A DNA stretch of 62,581 nucleotides, the filler included, from Globobulimina sp. (lineage: Eukaryota), in the NCBI GenBank assembly GCA_003354225.1. It is 25 parts of 25 records of this genome, joined end to end, with 100 filler letters (N's around TTAATTAATTAA, not from the genome) between each part and the next. Parts side by side here need not be neighbours in the genome. Positions count along the whole stretch, not along the records: positions 25,084 to 27,490 come from PIVH01006856.1; positions 27,591 to 29,997 come from PIVH01006857.1; positions 30,098 to 32,504 come from PIVH01006858.1; positions 32,605 to 35,011 come from PIVH01006859.1; positions 35,112 to 37,518 come from PIVH01006860.1; positions 37,619 to 40,025 come from PIVH01006861.1; 19 more parts are not named here. One strand, given 5' to 3'. The notes under the pieces are model-generated. The model searched no databases and was not told where the DNA came from. It saw only the letters and a list, made by a program, of their open reading frames with translations. This document shows, piece by piece, positions 25,084 to 38,194 of this stretch (position 1 is the first letter of the stretch; every line of letters begins with the position of its first letter). Made by a program: the position numbers and the translations under genes.

Positions 25084-26419
25084 AATTAACCAACAAAAAA
25101 ATAACCATTACAATTTATAAAGGCACTAAAATCAAAACACTCAAAAAACAAATTAGAAAATGTTGTGTACAAATTATTTCAATTGGCAGTGCGGATATAA
25201 ATATACAATCCAATGGTCAGATATTAGCCAACGAAAACACACTCGAAAGTTATGGTATATGTAATGGTGACACATTGCTATGGCGTTGGAAAGCAGAAAC
25301 TGTGATTGTTATTGAGTTACAACAGCAATCCACAAACATGAGCATGGCAATATCGGTTGACACTGAATTAAGTTATATAAAAAGCATTAGAAAGCTCATT
25401 CGGAAAAATTATGAAATATCGGATGAAAAAGAAATAACATTACAATTTGAAAGCACTGCGCTAGAAAACAAACAGAAGATATGTGCCTATGGTATACGTG
25501 ATGGTGATGCATTAATATGGAAAGCAGAAAAAAAAAGAAAAAAGGCTGCAGAAAAAATTTGTATTAAATTAAAGCAATGTAATTCAGATAATATATTTAC
25601 GATTAAATGGAAAAGAAGCGCTCCAATTAACAATATAAGGGATGTAGTGTAATGCAACAATCAACATCTCATTAAGCAAAGAAATCAAATTATTTTACAT
25701 CATGAAGAAGTTGAATTAATTGACAACAAATTAATCAGTGACTATGATATATGCGATGGTGATACAATTATATGGTTCACAGACTGCAGTGATAAAATTC
25801 AATCACAATCGTGTGGGAATGATAACAATTCAACAAAATCAGCCGTTGGTATTCAACAACAGGTACAGTGTTATAAACATATTCCTTTTCGAATTAATTT
25901 AATTTGCTCTGACAGGAGGATGAAAGTGGTAATGTTCCAGATGGACAAATCAATGCATCTGCGGATGATGAAAAGGTAATGATTGTAATTAAGAGCGAGT
26001 TGAATGAAACATTATCATTTAATATGAATAGAGATTATTGGATTTGTGATTTGAAGTATAAAATACATGAACGTTTAGCAATAGATCCCATTGATCAAAT
26101 TCTTAAATTTAAAAATCGAGAGTTAAATGTGTTGCAAGATTTCAATGGATTTGAGAATGGGGATATTATTGAATTGGATGTAAGAAATAAAATTAATATT
26201 GATATTGAGATACAAAATAATGAAATATTGCGTGCCTTGTCATTTTGGAATAATACGCAAGTAATAATTTGTAAAAGCCAATTAGTCGGAAAATGTGGAA
26301 TCAAGGTAAAACAACAAATGTTGTTGTATAATGGTATGGAAATGCAGGATGATTTTGCATTGTGGAACTATGGGATAATTGATGGGAGTTTGCTTACTTT
26401 GACTGTAAAAACTGAATGA
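25084..26419 (+). pseudogene. Tandem ubiquitin-like domain protein (about 5 Ubl units), 5' partial, in-frame TAA at 25650-25652, intron 25863-25915
   Basis: Repeated 'L....TL.SYGI.NGD.L', 'ICAYGIRDGDAL', 'ISDYDICDGDTI', 'LWNYGIIDGSLL'; the frame continues past the TAA. Confidence 0.7.
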
Positions 26420-26488
26420 TGTTTTTGAATCAATATAGTTTTAATAACTAGCTATTGCTTTTTGTGCAAGGATAAGCATTACTTTGTG

Positions 26489-27418
26489 ATGCATGCTGCA
26501 ACTTCTTTACCGGTTTGCGGTGATGTATTGAAGTTAAAACGTGGAAATATTGGCATTGTTCGGAACATTATTGCAAATCAAACATCTGATATATTAATAA
26601 TTGAGATCAAAGGTAAACCCTTACAACCGCATGAAATTATCAATAACACTGCATGTATTCAATTAACAATCGCCAAAAACTACACCAAAAACAACACCAA
26701 AAATAGTACTCCAGACTTCCAAATATTATCTTCTGAAATATTATTCAACAAACTACAACAAGCATATCATATCATCACTCATTCTCATACACATCAAAAC
26801 AAAATGATTCGACTGCAGCATCAGCATCACACTTTAAAACAAAAATTAACTGACAAACAACAGCAAGCAGAGCAAATTCGCAATAAAATCCAAGTACAAA
26901 AATCAATTTTAAATGCTCAAACTACATACACTGCTCCAACTGTCCCAGCATTTATTTTAAATGTACCCAATTCCAACTTCTCCGACGATGAAATGAAAAT
27001 ATATCACATCATAGTACACTGGAACAATAAAATCCAGCCATATACTGATTATCCTGCTGGATTATTCTTATTTGCATTCGAGTGTATCTCTGTAATTAAC
27101 TCATACATTGGACTGACACAATATACATTGAAATGGTTTCAATTAACACAGGAAGATCCAAACATTATTGGTATACATTACAGCGAACATTTGGGTACAA
27201 CACGCTGGGAAATGGAACTTTTTATACATAATCAAACCGCAAAATATATATTTTCAGATATAAATGGTCCGGGCCAGGAAGGACATGGCGTATTTCGAAT
27301 ACTGTATGATGTCGAATGTCATGAGGATGTGCTGGAGGTAAAATATCTGAACAGATATGACCAAACAGTGAATTGTCGCCGCTTTGAATGGAAAGAATTG
27401 GAAATGACTGAGGACTGA
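26489..27418 (+). CDS. Hypothetical coiled-coil protein with a degenerate CAP-Gly-like N-terminus
   Basis: 'VCGDVLKLKRGNIGIVRNI' followed by a Q/K-rich coil; uninterrupted ORF. Confidence 0.55.
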   Translation: MHAATSLPVCGDVLKLKRGNIGIVRNIIANQTSDILIIEIKGKPLQPHEIINNTACIQLTIAKNYTKNNTKNSTPDFQILSSEILFNKLQQAYHIITHSHTHQNKMIRLQHQHHTLKQKLTDKQQQAEQIRNKIQVQKSILNAQTTYTAPTVPAFILNVPNSNFSDDEMKIYHIIVHWNNKIQPYTDYPAGLFLFAFECISVINSYIGLTQYTLKWFQLTQEDPNIIGIHYSEHLGTTRWEMELFIHNQTAKYIFSDINGPGQEGHGVFRILYDVECHEDVLEVKYLNRYDQTVNCRRFEWKELEMTED

Positions 27419-28632
27419 GGACACTTGTATGTAAAAACTTGCGTGTAGAGAAGAAAATGAAAAAAAGACAAAATAAAGAAGAGGAGGGAGNNNNNNNNNN
27501 NNNNNNNNNNNNNNNNNNNNNNNNNNNNNNNNNNTTAATTAATTAANNNNNNNNNNNNNNNNNNNNNNNNNNNNNNNNNNNNNNNNNNNNAAAAAAATTA
27601 AAATCTAGTATTACATTATGGCATTGGTGTTGATCCATCTATTGCATATATACAGACAGGGGAATTTTACTATGCTCCGCAAAAAATTGGAATTTGAAAC
27701 TTGTTTCAAATTCACTACAATAGGCAAACGCACGTCTACCAACATACAAACGAGACTGTATACACAAATTCAGCCTTTAATTGTATACTGGAGATAGCGG
27801 ACAGCTCTACACCGGTATTAAAACAATGCGCCATATATTATTGTCATATTTATGTGTTTACATGTCTTTCAATTTAATTTTATATGTCTTTCAATAATAA
27901 GAATGTCTTTCAATTTAATTTTATATGTTCGAGTCTCCACGCGTTTTCACCTTATACTATATTGCAAGTTATATGTATAATTTGTATATACCTCTTCTCG
28001 ATCTCTTTTTTTACTATGGGTACAACGCTATATCGTGAATAGGTTGAACACTTGACCCCCCAATTGTAGAGACTTGTATACTTGCTGAAATACAAAAAAA
28101 ACACCGGTTTGAGAAATACAAAAAAAACAGATTGGAGAGAATATATTTGCTGAAGGGAATGGTAACGACGGTGATGGTGAAGATTTGTATCAAGATCAAC
28201 CAAATAATGACATTACACCAGCGACGCCGCAAGGAACCACTGCGGGTAATGATCAACTAACACGTCAATAAAGTTGTTAACGTTCATAGTGTTTTGCATT
28301 GTATAGTCACACTAACTCGGTCATCATTTTGCTTGCTTTTTTGTGTATGTATTGTGTGTATTGTATCAATCAGATATTGAGCCGAGGTTTTTCCATCAAA
28401 TCCGCCGCTTTTCCCAGCAAACCGCGAGCGTCTTTCATAGAGAAATATGGATCCCCAGACAGCGAAAATTACACCAAAATGACCGCATCAATCTCAATTG
28501 TTACATCCATAAATCCAATATAAATCCCACCAATGAACCCCACCATATTTATTGTTCACTTTTCCTCAAATAAAAACAACTATTTATTGGTCACCGTTTT
28601 CTCAAAGTCATTTATTGTAAACACATAATATA

Positions 28633-29997
28633 ATGCCTACTACTATGAGATGCACACTACTAATATTCACCTTTTTATTGGATTTAAATTATGGGGGGTT
28701 ATTATGTGATGGCATTGAAATATTATACGTAGGTCATGCAAATAATAATCAAATACCGGCAGGTGTTTGTATTGCGGATATATATCATCAATCGCATAAA
28801 TTTGAATGTAAATGCAATATTAATACAAACGTTAAAATTAAAAACGCTGAAATCAATCGGCTAATATATAACAACAGCAACTGTTCCGGAAATCCAATAT
28901 CAAATGAATTATTCCCAATTTTTAGAATCATCCCGTATTGATTTCAATATATTTTGTAAAGGAATACCATGTCATTTTGCTGTGAAACGCACTCTGCCAT
29001 CAAGAACAAGAAATTGTTCAGATAACATTTCAATTGTTTCTAATTTGTATTATGACGATGCATATACAATAAGTTCATGTCAAGCATTACTAACATCATC
29101 ATTTAAATTAGTATCATGTGATACTGGTATTCATAAAGTCAATATTTTATATTATTTCGAAAGTACTGATTGTTCAACAAATGGTGAATTAATAAATGAT
29201 CCAACAATAATGGAGGGATATTGTGATGAATATGGAAAGGAATATGATATCTTATGCGGAATAGCAGAGGAACAAACGTCAGAAAATATAAATTGTGATT
29301 TAGCACCAACACAACAGCCAAGTTTATACGGATTATGGGAGAGTAGCAACGGTATGTTTTCATTTGGAGTGGAAATAGATTCAAATTGCACAGAAATAAT
29401 ATTTACATTGACATCACCACAAAATGATACATGGTTTGCAATTGGAATGGGTGGTGATTACAGATATGATGAATGGATATGGAATTGTTCAATTATTCTC
29501 TACATTGCATATTATTTATGAAACGACAGTAAAACCGGGAGCAACACCAATACCTCATAATAATCAAAATATTAATTGTGATAACACCGTAGAACATGGA
29601 ATAAGAACGTCTGTTTGTTCAAGAACATATAGAACTGACATTGGAGACGATTTTTATAAATTTATAGTTGGCGGTAATTACATAATTTGGGCATATGGAG
29701 ATGTCAGCGATACATCCGGTGTGCCATTGAAACATGGATTCAATAATGTTGGTGATAAACATGTAGATGTTATATATTTGAATGGTGACAGTGATGGTTT
29801 ATGTGGATATGCAAAGGAATTTAATGATGCATTTGATGATTATGGAATTGATTATAGACAAACAACTGATGAGCCAACTATAACAACACTTCAATCAAAA
29901 AATCAGATAACAACGAGTTATGACAATCATAATGATAATGTCGATGGTAATAAAAATGAAGAAAATCACGAATGGACTACTGCGTTTATAGTTTTAT
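28633..29997 (+). pseudogene. Secreted Cys-rich + DOMON domain membrane protein with two +1 frameshifts (about 28910 and 29457), 3' partial
   Basis: Signal peptide; the DOMON motifs 'TWFAIGMG' and 'MMNGYGIV...IIWAYG...LKHG' lie in successive frames. Confidence 0.65.
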
Positions 29998-30627
29998 NNN
30001 NNNNNNNNNNNNNNNNNNNNNNNNNNNNNNNNNNNNNNNNNTTAATTAATTAANNNNNNNNNNNNNNNNNNNNNNNNNNNNNNNNNNNNNNNNNNNNCCA
30101 AATCTTGTTCATAAGCTGCTTTCTTTGAGCTATCATCACTTAAATTCTTTAAGCCCCAAACAACACTGCAGTCACAGCTATTGACCTACTTTTCATTGTG
30201 ATCAATAGTCAATTAATAGTTGTATCATTAGGTCAATAGTGGGCGTATCTGCTCTGATGAATACCTGTAAACAACACACAACAACGCAATCACGCAAACA
30301 ACATCAGGTCGTATATACTGATTAGATGCTTTGCGAATGAATCATATTTAAAATTTGTAGCCTTTCTTGTTTGTTATTAATGTGTAGTATTCGTTGCAGA
30401 TCTTTATTTGTTTGGATATCTTTTTTTATAATATACCATTTTGAATTAAGTCTTGTTCACATTGTTTAAGAGTTTTATTCCGAATCAATAATGCATTGAA
30501 CTCTTGTCTCATTTCTTTAAACTCATCAATACGTTTTAGTTGAATCTCGTTTAGATTGAAAGTGGCACGGATTTGCTATATAATTTTTGAATGAGCCCAA
30601 AACTTTTATTATGCTTCGCTTCTAGCC

Positions 30628-32504
30628 ATGCTTTCCAGATTAAGAAGAAAACGCAAACATGATAATGAGAGCAAACAGCAAGACCTAGTTGATGGATTTT
30701 GCTTAATTTTGATTATTTGAACATATATTTTCTGGCTGATCAATCTCATATACATAGCATTCCGAATCCGAGGACGACAGTGAAGATGAAGAGGAAAAGA
30801 AGAACATTCGCAATGTTGCTGAAAAATACCCAAAAGCTATATTATTTTCAAGCATATGGAATGTATCAATGGATGAGTGCATAGAAGAATTAATCGACGA
30901 AGCCATTAAAATGTTACTGCATCAAAATGATATTTGGGAAGACAAAAACATACTGCCTTCGATTTATGGAAATGGTTTGGAATATATTAAAATTGTCAAT
31001 ATGATTTACAACAAATTCGATGAATCATTTTGGAACAACCAATGGGACAAAATCTACAAAAAACGTTGCAAAATAAAAGAAATATCGCATTATGATAAGC
31101 ATTTATTAAATAAAAACAAACGTAATTGCTTGCAAAAATGTTGCTGTTGCTGCTATCCACAGAATAAAGTAAATGGCAATCCGCAACAATCCGCAATTGA
31201 GCACGAAGAATTATTGTCTGGTTTGGATAACGAATTTGAGACAAAAGAAGATGATAAATATTGTTTATTACAACATTGGAGCTTAGTGACTATGCAGCAA
31301 CGCAAGTTCTTCTGGTGCTTTATTCTCGGTTTGTTGTATTGTAACATCTCATATTATTACAATACACTTCCAATGGATTTGTATAATTTGTATACGAATG
31401 TAACAGCATTATCCACAACAATCAAATATATGGACTTTCAGCTGCAGCATCAGATAGTTACATTTGGTGATAAATGGAAGCAAAATGAGGACAAAAACGT
31501 TGTATGGACTGAAGATAATGATATCGTGAGACATTGGCATAGTTTTTTAGTGGCTCCTCCTTGTTCCAATGGGACGGATATGCAAAAATATAATAATAGG
31601 TCAATTCAAGAGAAACAGAAACAAAAACCAAACAATATGGACAATTTAATGAAAGAATGTGATATCGCTGAAGCGGAAGAGTATCAATGTCGATGTAACA
31701 AAGAATTAGAACGTGCTCAACAACCTGCTTTCAAAAATGGGCAGTTCCAATTGTGTCAAGATTGCATTAATCTGCTACATTTAGCTGAATATACCAGAAA
31801 ATTTATACTTGGTTTGTTCATTTTTGTTCATTTTACAATACAGATTGTACAGTGTCAGCGTATAATTATTTTGTTTGTTTTCTAATGATAGAATATGAAA
31901 ATAGTGAGGTAATGGTCGATACGTGGCCGTGGTATGAGAATTCTATGCATGACACACAGCGCGATCGGGAAATATATCAAGAAAAATGCGAACAATATGG
32001 TTTCTTAAGAATGAACCCATTGGATATAATCCGCCCATTGTTAAAGAAACGCCACAACGAATCGCAACATCAATCATGGAAACAAAAGCGCGTCGAAGCA
32101 GCATATCTTAGATATAAAAAGATCAAAATTGATAAAGATTCGGGCGATGCGATTGATAATATTCGACATCGAAGAAAGTTTGCTGCAAAATATCAATTAG
32201 GAATACATTCGGTTTTATCAAACATCGAATATATTAAAACGCGCTTAAGCAAAATAACCGTATCATCCGTAGGCGATGGCGACGTAATGACACCTTCTCC
32301 CGTTCAGAAGCCATCAAACAAACGTTTTTTGCATTTATTCGCTCCATTCTTTGCATCCGCGCGACATTCCGTTGCCATCAAATTGACGGATGAAGAAAAA
32401 AGCGATGTTGCCTATAAACTGATGCCGCAACACCCAAAACTAAGAGAAATATGGAAGCGATGGCTGGATCTGTTAGTTGCAGTGATAAGTGACGATATCG
32501 ACGA
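30628..32504 (+). CDS. Hypothetical protein, introns 30688-30757 and 31812-31891, 3' partial
   Basis: Two GTT..AG introns join three ORFs in frame. Confidence 0.65.
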
Positions 32505-32745
32505 NNNNNNNNNNNNNNNNNNNNNNNNNNNNNNNNNNNNNNNNNNNNTTAATTAATTAANNNNNNNNNNNNNNNNNNNNNNNNNNNNNNNNNNNNNNNN
32601 NNNNCACTTTCAACCTAGTTATTGGAGCATGCAGATTACAGCAGAGGCCCATCGATGCATTCATGAATAAAATCTAATAAAAAACTTAACGAAATTTTTT
32701 CACAATTGTGCTCCATTTGCCGCCGTGATGTGCTGACTGCGGTCC

Positions 32746-33162
32746 TCAGATACGGAATCGGGAGGAACCGCGAGCATTGCTTGGATTGGTATAGATTTCG
32801 ACGCGAAGCATGGATTTGCGCGTTTTGTAGGCGGTGGAGGTCCAATTTAAATCCCAATGGTCGATGGCTGGCGATTTGTATACATTTTCGTAGCATATTT
32901 GATGGTCATCAATGAATACAAAACCAAAAATTGAAGTATCCCAAATGCAATGGAAATAAAATTTGTTTGTGTTGGCTGGCCAGTTGATGGTGCCATGGAT
33001 TTGTGCACTGCTCGGACTGTTATAGGTCCACGTATAATCTAATGAGGTTAATGTTACGTTGGTTGGCGTTCCACTGAATATTGAATTCGGGTAAGTGTTA
33101 AGTATAATGTCACAACGGGCTACAAATAAAATTGTAAACAAAAACGCGGCTATTCCTGTCAT
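32746..33162 (-). CDS. Secreted protein N-terminus with a PA14-like segment, apparently truncated
   Basis: Signal peptide MTGIAAFLFTILFVARC; 'SAQIHGTI', 'FVFIDDHQIC'. Confidence 0.45.
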   Translation of the reverse strand: MTGIAAFLFTILFVARCDIILNTYPNSIFSGTPTNVTLTSLDYTWTYNSPSSAQIHGTINWPANTNKFYFHCIWDTSIFGFVFIDDHQICYENVYKSPAIDHWDLNWTSTAYKTRKSMLRVEIYTNPSNARGSSRFRI

Positions 33163-33444
33163 TGTGATTTGAGTGTGGAGTTTCTTACTGAAATTAATAT
33201 CAGGTTTGTAAGCCAGTGATGAATACATTCGTAGTAGCAAATATTCGATATATATTAGTGGCAGCTGGCTCATATATTCATGATCATAATCCAGGACAAC
33301 GAATGTTATTAATATAGGAATTATGATTAAAATTTAAAAATATCAGCTAAAAATAACAATCTCCCGCTCCCTCTCCCTCTCACTCTCTCACACTATCTCC
33401 ATCTCTCTAACCTTGCAAACTTTGTGTAACATAATAAACAGAAT

Positions 33445-34194
33445 ATGAGCAACATCGAGTCCATCAAAAAAGAATTATGGATTTATCAAACAAAAAGAGT
33501 AATTTTGCAATTATTTAACGTATTTGCAGTTTTTGGCTATCATTTATCACAAAACTCCTATTCATCATTACCAGTTGGTCTGACATTCAATGTATTGATA
33601 GCAAAATTGATCCAAGATTTGATAGGAGCAACGATCGATTTTATTTTCGATAACAAACCAACAAAGTTATTGAAGTGTGTGGCTGTATTTGCGCTCACAC
33701 CCATTTATTTTGTTGTGTTATTTTATTTGGATGCATTTAATAATGTTTATGTCAGAATGGGAATGTTAATCGTATATTTTGGAGATTATTTTGCGGGGAA
33801 AATTGATTCATTCAAAGTGTTTTTGTTAATGTTTTTAATATTATTATTTGCATGTTATTATGAACATACTGATGGTTATCCAATTTTACATTTGTTGTTT
33901 AACTCAAATGAATGGTATATCAATTCATGTATTTTTGTATTGGGCATTTGTAAATGGTCATTCACGGAAATTATTACTGAATATGACGATAATTACGGAA
34001 ACATAACAAAAATTATAGGATTTGTAATTAATTATTATCAGTTACCACTGTATCAAATCGAATATTTTCATCATTTTAGCATTTATCACATCGTGAAAGC
34101 GATTCTATATTCATTCAAATCCGACTCATCCCGTATGCAAAATGAAACAACAAAAATCAACTTTTCTAATGCAGTTAAAGTAAAATTGATGTAG
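33445..34194 (+). CDS. Multi-pass membrane protein of unknown function
   Basis: 249-aa ORF with several hydrophobic segments. Confidence 0.6.
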   Translation: MSNIESIKKELWIYQTKRVILQLFNVFAVFGYHLSQNSYSSLPVGLTFNVLIAKLIQDLIGATIDFIFDNKPTKLLKCVAVFALTPIYFVVLFYLDAFNNVYVRMGMLIVYFGDYFAGKIDSFKVFLLMFLILLFACYYEHTDGYPILHLLFNSNEWYINSCIFVLGICKWSFTEIITEYDDNYGNITKIIGFVINYYQLPLYQIEYFHHFSIYHIVKAILYSFKSDSSRMQNETTKINFSNAVKVKLM

Positions 34195-34534
34195 GGTATG
34201 GAAATGACTCGTTTGTTTGTGGTTGTGTTATTTATTGTGAGAGCAAGTTTTCAGTTTAACTTCGAAAAACTCCCGTTTTTCGGACAATAAGGTTCTCGTA
34301 ATCTAAATACATAGCTTGTATACAACACAGTCCAATTTCAGCTTTCATTTTTCTTCCGTAAATCTGCATTTCAAACTTCTACAAATCATCCAAAAGACCC
34401 TTCAAAAATGCTTCAAAAATGGTATTTGCTATTTGTGCAATTAACGACTAAGTGTATACAAGTTTGCAAGTTCCAACCCTCGGAGAATAAACTAATAAAT
34501 TCATTATTTATAACAAAATTAAAATTAAAAAATA

Positions 34535-35011
34535 TTACAAAGTTATATTAGAATAATAATGTTGATTAAGTAGCGACAAATAACCGGCCAAACCGCCCCA
34601 ATGATAGAAGGGAATTCCCGTACATTCCGTCCTTCCGCTGGCCGGACTATAATTTTCGCAAATATGTCTCCGCGAATTCCACACATTTAACATCATCGCA
34701 TTCATTTGCTTTTCCAACGCAGCCTGTCCATTTTTCACAATTGTGCTCCTCGCCACATACGGCTCCAACGACCACCACACAAACTGCGCCATGGGAGCCC
34801 AGGTTAAGCCTCTCCAATATCCCTGTTCTCGGAAGGAAGCGTCATTGTGGGCCACCGACGGAAGTCCATAGTAACAGTCACTCGGTTGCCCCCTCGGCCA
34901 ATTGGCAGAAATGCAGAAATAAGTATTGCTCATCAAATAGCGAGTCACCATGCTCTCCGCCTGCGCCACACTGAAATCGCCAGTCATCAGCGGGTAAAAC
35001 AGAGTCGGTGT
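34535..35011 (-). CDS. GH63/MGH1-like (trehalase-fold) glycoside hydrolase, C-terminal part
   Basis: 'LPSVAHND..F..QGYWRG.TWAP', 'ICENYSP', 'FYHWGGL'. Confidence 0.75.
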   Translation of the reverse strand, partial: TPTLFYPLMTGDFSVAQAESMVTRYLMSNTYFCISANWPRGQPSDCYYGLPSVAHNDASFREQGYWRGLTWAPMAQFVWWSLEPYVARSTIVKNGQAALEKQMNAMMLNVWNSRRHICENYSPASGRTECTGIPFYHWGGLAGYLSLLNQHYYSNITL

Positions 35012-35431
35012 NNNNNNNNNNNNNNNNNNNNNNNNNNNNNNNNNNNNNNNNNNNNTTAATTAATTAANNNNNNNNNNNNNNNNNNNNNNNNNNNNNNNNN
35101 NNNNNNNNNNNCTGTTGAATTTTAGTTATTATAAATTTGTAGTAATTTTTTTGTTTTTGAATTTATCATCGTGGATCCGATATCCTGCAATCACTTTAAT
35201 TAAACATTTGAGTACTAGTTGAAAAATCGTCCATCCCAAAACGATCTAGTCATCGACCAATGTGTAGTGTTTGCGAGCAGAGGTAATATAATAATATATT
35301 TTAATTTGAATTTAGTTTCACACAATCAATAACAATATAATACAAAAATAAACATATACAGATTGTTGCGAGCTAGCGAGATAGAGTATAAGTTAAAATA
35401 ATATGAAAATTATATAAGTGATCGAGTGCAA

Positions 35432-37125
35432 TCAATTGAGTGCAATTTTTATATCTGGGAATTGAGTGCAATCAGTGACAGTGCATTGGGATTGCTTGGA
35501 CGAACTGGATGTCGTTTCTACCAATTGTTTATATTTAAATTGTGGATCTGTTGAATATCTCATAAAAGCGGGATGCATCAAACGCAATACTTCCTTGGCT
35601 GATTCATCCATTACATTAAACAGATCGCTATCTTTCCATATGCAAGAAATATCCTTTTTTACTTCAAAAATACTTTGCAATTTTGCTCGGATCGGATAAG
35701 CTATATTTATTTGGTAATGCGCACTTTGTTTAATATATTTATGATATAACATATCCATTTGTTTTGATAATGTGGTGCTTGCTGTTATTATCTCTGGTGT
35801 TGGTAAGCATGATGGGATGGATAATTTTGTAATGATGCTATGTCCATCAAATATATAAGTATAAATTGTATTATTTTTGGGTTTCATATTCCTTAAATCG
35901 AGAAGCATATTTTTATGTTTCCGAGATTTCGACCGTCCGAATTTAATTGGTCGGATTTCGAGCGTATAATCGTTTCTAATTTGATACAAATATTTTATAT
36001 TAATTAACTCCACCAAGAACAATAAATTTTCAGTGCAAAATTCTTTGATCTGATATTAGATATTATTATATATGGCAGAAATGGGAGAAATATATAATAA
36101 AATGTTTAACTAAATATTGCATAAAATCTTTAAACAACTTATTATGACTAATAGTTAATTTTAATGCTGTACTTATTGAGCTAACACCACAAACATCTGA
36201 AGTAGTTTGAGCTAATAAATTAATTTCGTTTTTATTTAGTTGATACCTATACATTGGGTAAAAAGTTGATATTAATGTCAATGAACATGTTACCAAATAT
36301 GTCATAGGAATATGTAATAGCCATTCAATGCGGGCAGCAGTTTCATTTGAGTCTGGATGTAAATGATTAAAATATATCGACGAGATACTGAACGCTAATA
36401 AAGCGAATGCAAACAGAATGCATTGGTATAATATTTCGTTTCTGATTCCGAAGACATCGTCCAATGTTCTTGCTTTATAAAATATGTAAAAGGTGATATT
36501 AACAGGCACTGCAGCAAAAAAAGCATGCACATAAATAAACATTACTGATATCCCTGTATAGCGCGGAAATGGGTAATTACAAATTATTGACAAAAGTAAG
36601 ACGATCGGAATTCGGAAACAGAGACAAACCTAAAACCGTCGCAAGAATTGAGGCAGTTATTATAGAAAAAAAATACCAAATGAGAGTTACTTTGATTAAA
36701 TAAGTTGGATTGCCCCATTTGTTTTTATTTTTAATATACCAGTTTTTAGTGGACGGATTAATATCTGTTTTCCAGGCAATATCGGCAATGGCTGCATTGT
36801 ATCTTTGTTGGTAATATAAATGATATGCTTTGATCATTTGGAGATCCATCAGCCCCCACCACGTGATAGCCAATGCACTGCATACAGTCCACGTCGGAGC
36901 ATCGATTATTTGAAATACTTCCACCAAACACATCCATAAACGTTCAGTGAATAATGTAAAAATTGTGAAAATGTTGATCATATAAATCAGTGCAGAATGT
37001 CTATGTTGCATTATAAACTCATTTCGGTGTTGGTGAAATATGTATAAACCATAAGATATCAGCGGGACCAAAACAAAATAGTTTATTAACAACAGCACTG
37101 CTGCCAAGACATCAATGATGTCCAT
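35432..37125 (-). CDS. Multi-TM (7TM-like) RGS-domain protein, introns 36554-36629 and 36050-36110
   Basis: Hydrophobic N-terminal helices, then spliced RGS motifs 'FMQYL|IKEFCTENLLFLVE', 'YHKYIKQSAHYQINI', 'EVLRLM..AFMRY'. Confidence 0.85.
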
Positions 37126-37129
37126 TCAC

Positions 37130-37230
37130 TAAACGATATATTCTAAAAGATAACCCCCCTGTTTGGATAACCCCCGCCCCCCCCCTTTGTATACCGAAAA
37201 TTCAATTATAATTTGTTCTGACTTTGTTCT
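37130..37230 (+). mobile_element. Left end of TIR family TA(A)ACGATATATTC[CT]AAAAGATAACCCCC
   Basis: Matches 60177-60250 directly and is the reverse complement of 60372-60399 and about 59715-59743. Confidence 0.75.
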
Positions 37231-37618
37231 ACGAACACCGAATTGGAGAGGAGTATACAAATAAAAATCATCTGTTTTTTGCTTGAGGCCGTGAGCTTTA
37301 TTTTAATTATTTAAAATTTAGTTGATTGAACTTGGTTCAATTCAGGAGATTCAAGTAATTCAGGATCCATTTCGCTTTCACTTTGCGATCAACATATGCA
37401 AAGATTAGATATGCAATCATTATCCCATATTAAATCTTTGGCATTTATCTGACTCTGAACTAGTCAACGTTCACATGAGCTGACATGATTTCGAGTGCGG
37501 TGATTGAGTGAGCTTTTTNNNNNNNNNNNNNNNNNNNNNNNNNNNNNNNNNNNNNNNNNNNNTTAATTAATTAANNNNNNNNNNNNNNNNNNNNNNNNNN
37601 NNNNNNNNNNNNNNNNNN

Positions 37619-38156
37619 TGGGAGTGTGAGTGGTGTCCGATGTTTCCAAAATAACGGTATTGCTCAGGATTTGACACTAGTTCCATGTGACACTGACACT
37701 GACACTGACAAAGATGAACAACTATGGCAATATGATGCAAAATATGAAAGGATTCAAAGCAAAATGGGAGGATGTATTTATACAAAAGATATGAGTCGGA
37801 CTGCATTGACTGTCGAAGTTTGTGAGGATGTCTTAAATCAAAGGTTCATTTTTGACATTAAGGCACAGATTAAAGCTGCAAATGGAATGTGCATCAATTC
37901 TCATAATGGCAAAGTTGAAATATTTGAATGTTTGAATGAAATGTATTATATGAAAACAAAAGTGGAGCAATGCGAGTTGCCTCAAAATTGCGATGAAAAT
38001 GATGGAGATGAAGAGAGATTTTACAGTGAGTCTCCGTCATACGGCCGTGAACCAAATGGAGTGTTATATTTTTTAATGGCAATCGGAATCTTCGTCATGT
38101 TTACTGTCGTTCCATTTTATTCCATCTATGCTCTCTCAAAGAAAATGTTGAAGTAA
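37619..38156 (+). CDS. Ricin-B/beta-trefoil lectin-like membrane protein, 5' partial
   Basis: 'LVPC....EQLWQY', 'GGCI....VEVC...NQRFIF', 'GMCI', and a C-terminal transmembrane helix. Confidence 0.65.
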
Positions 38157-38194
38157 CTAACTAACTGTGTTTTATTACTTCAGTTCAGTCTGCA

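Noticed and set aside
27860-27927. ATGTCTTTCAAT repeats as a CRISPR-like array
   Set aside because: There are three short AT-rich copies without unique spacers of consistent length, in a eukaryotic context; this is a simple local duplication.
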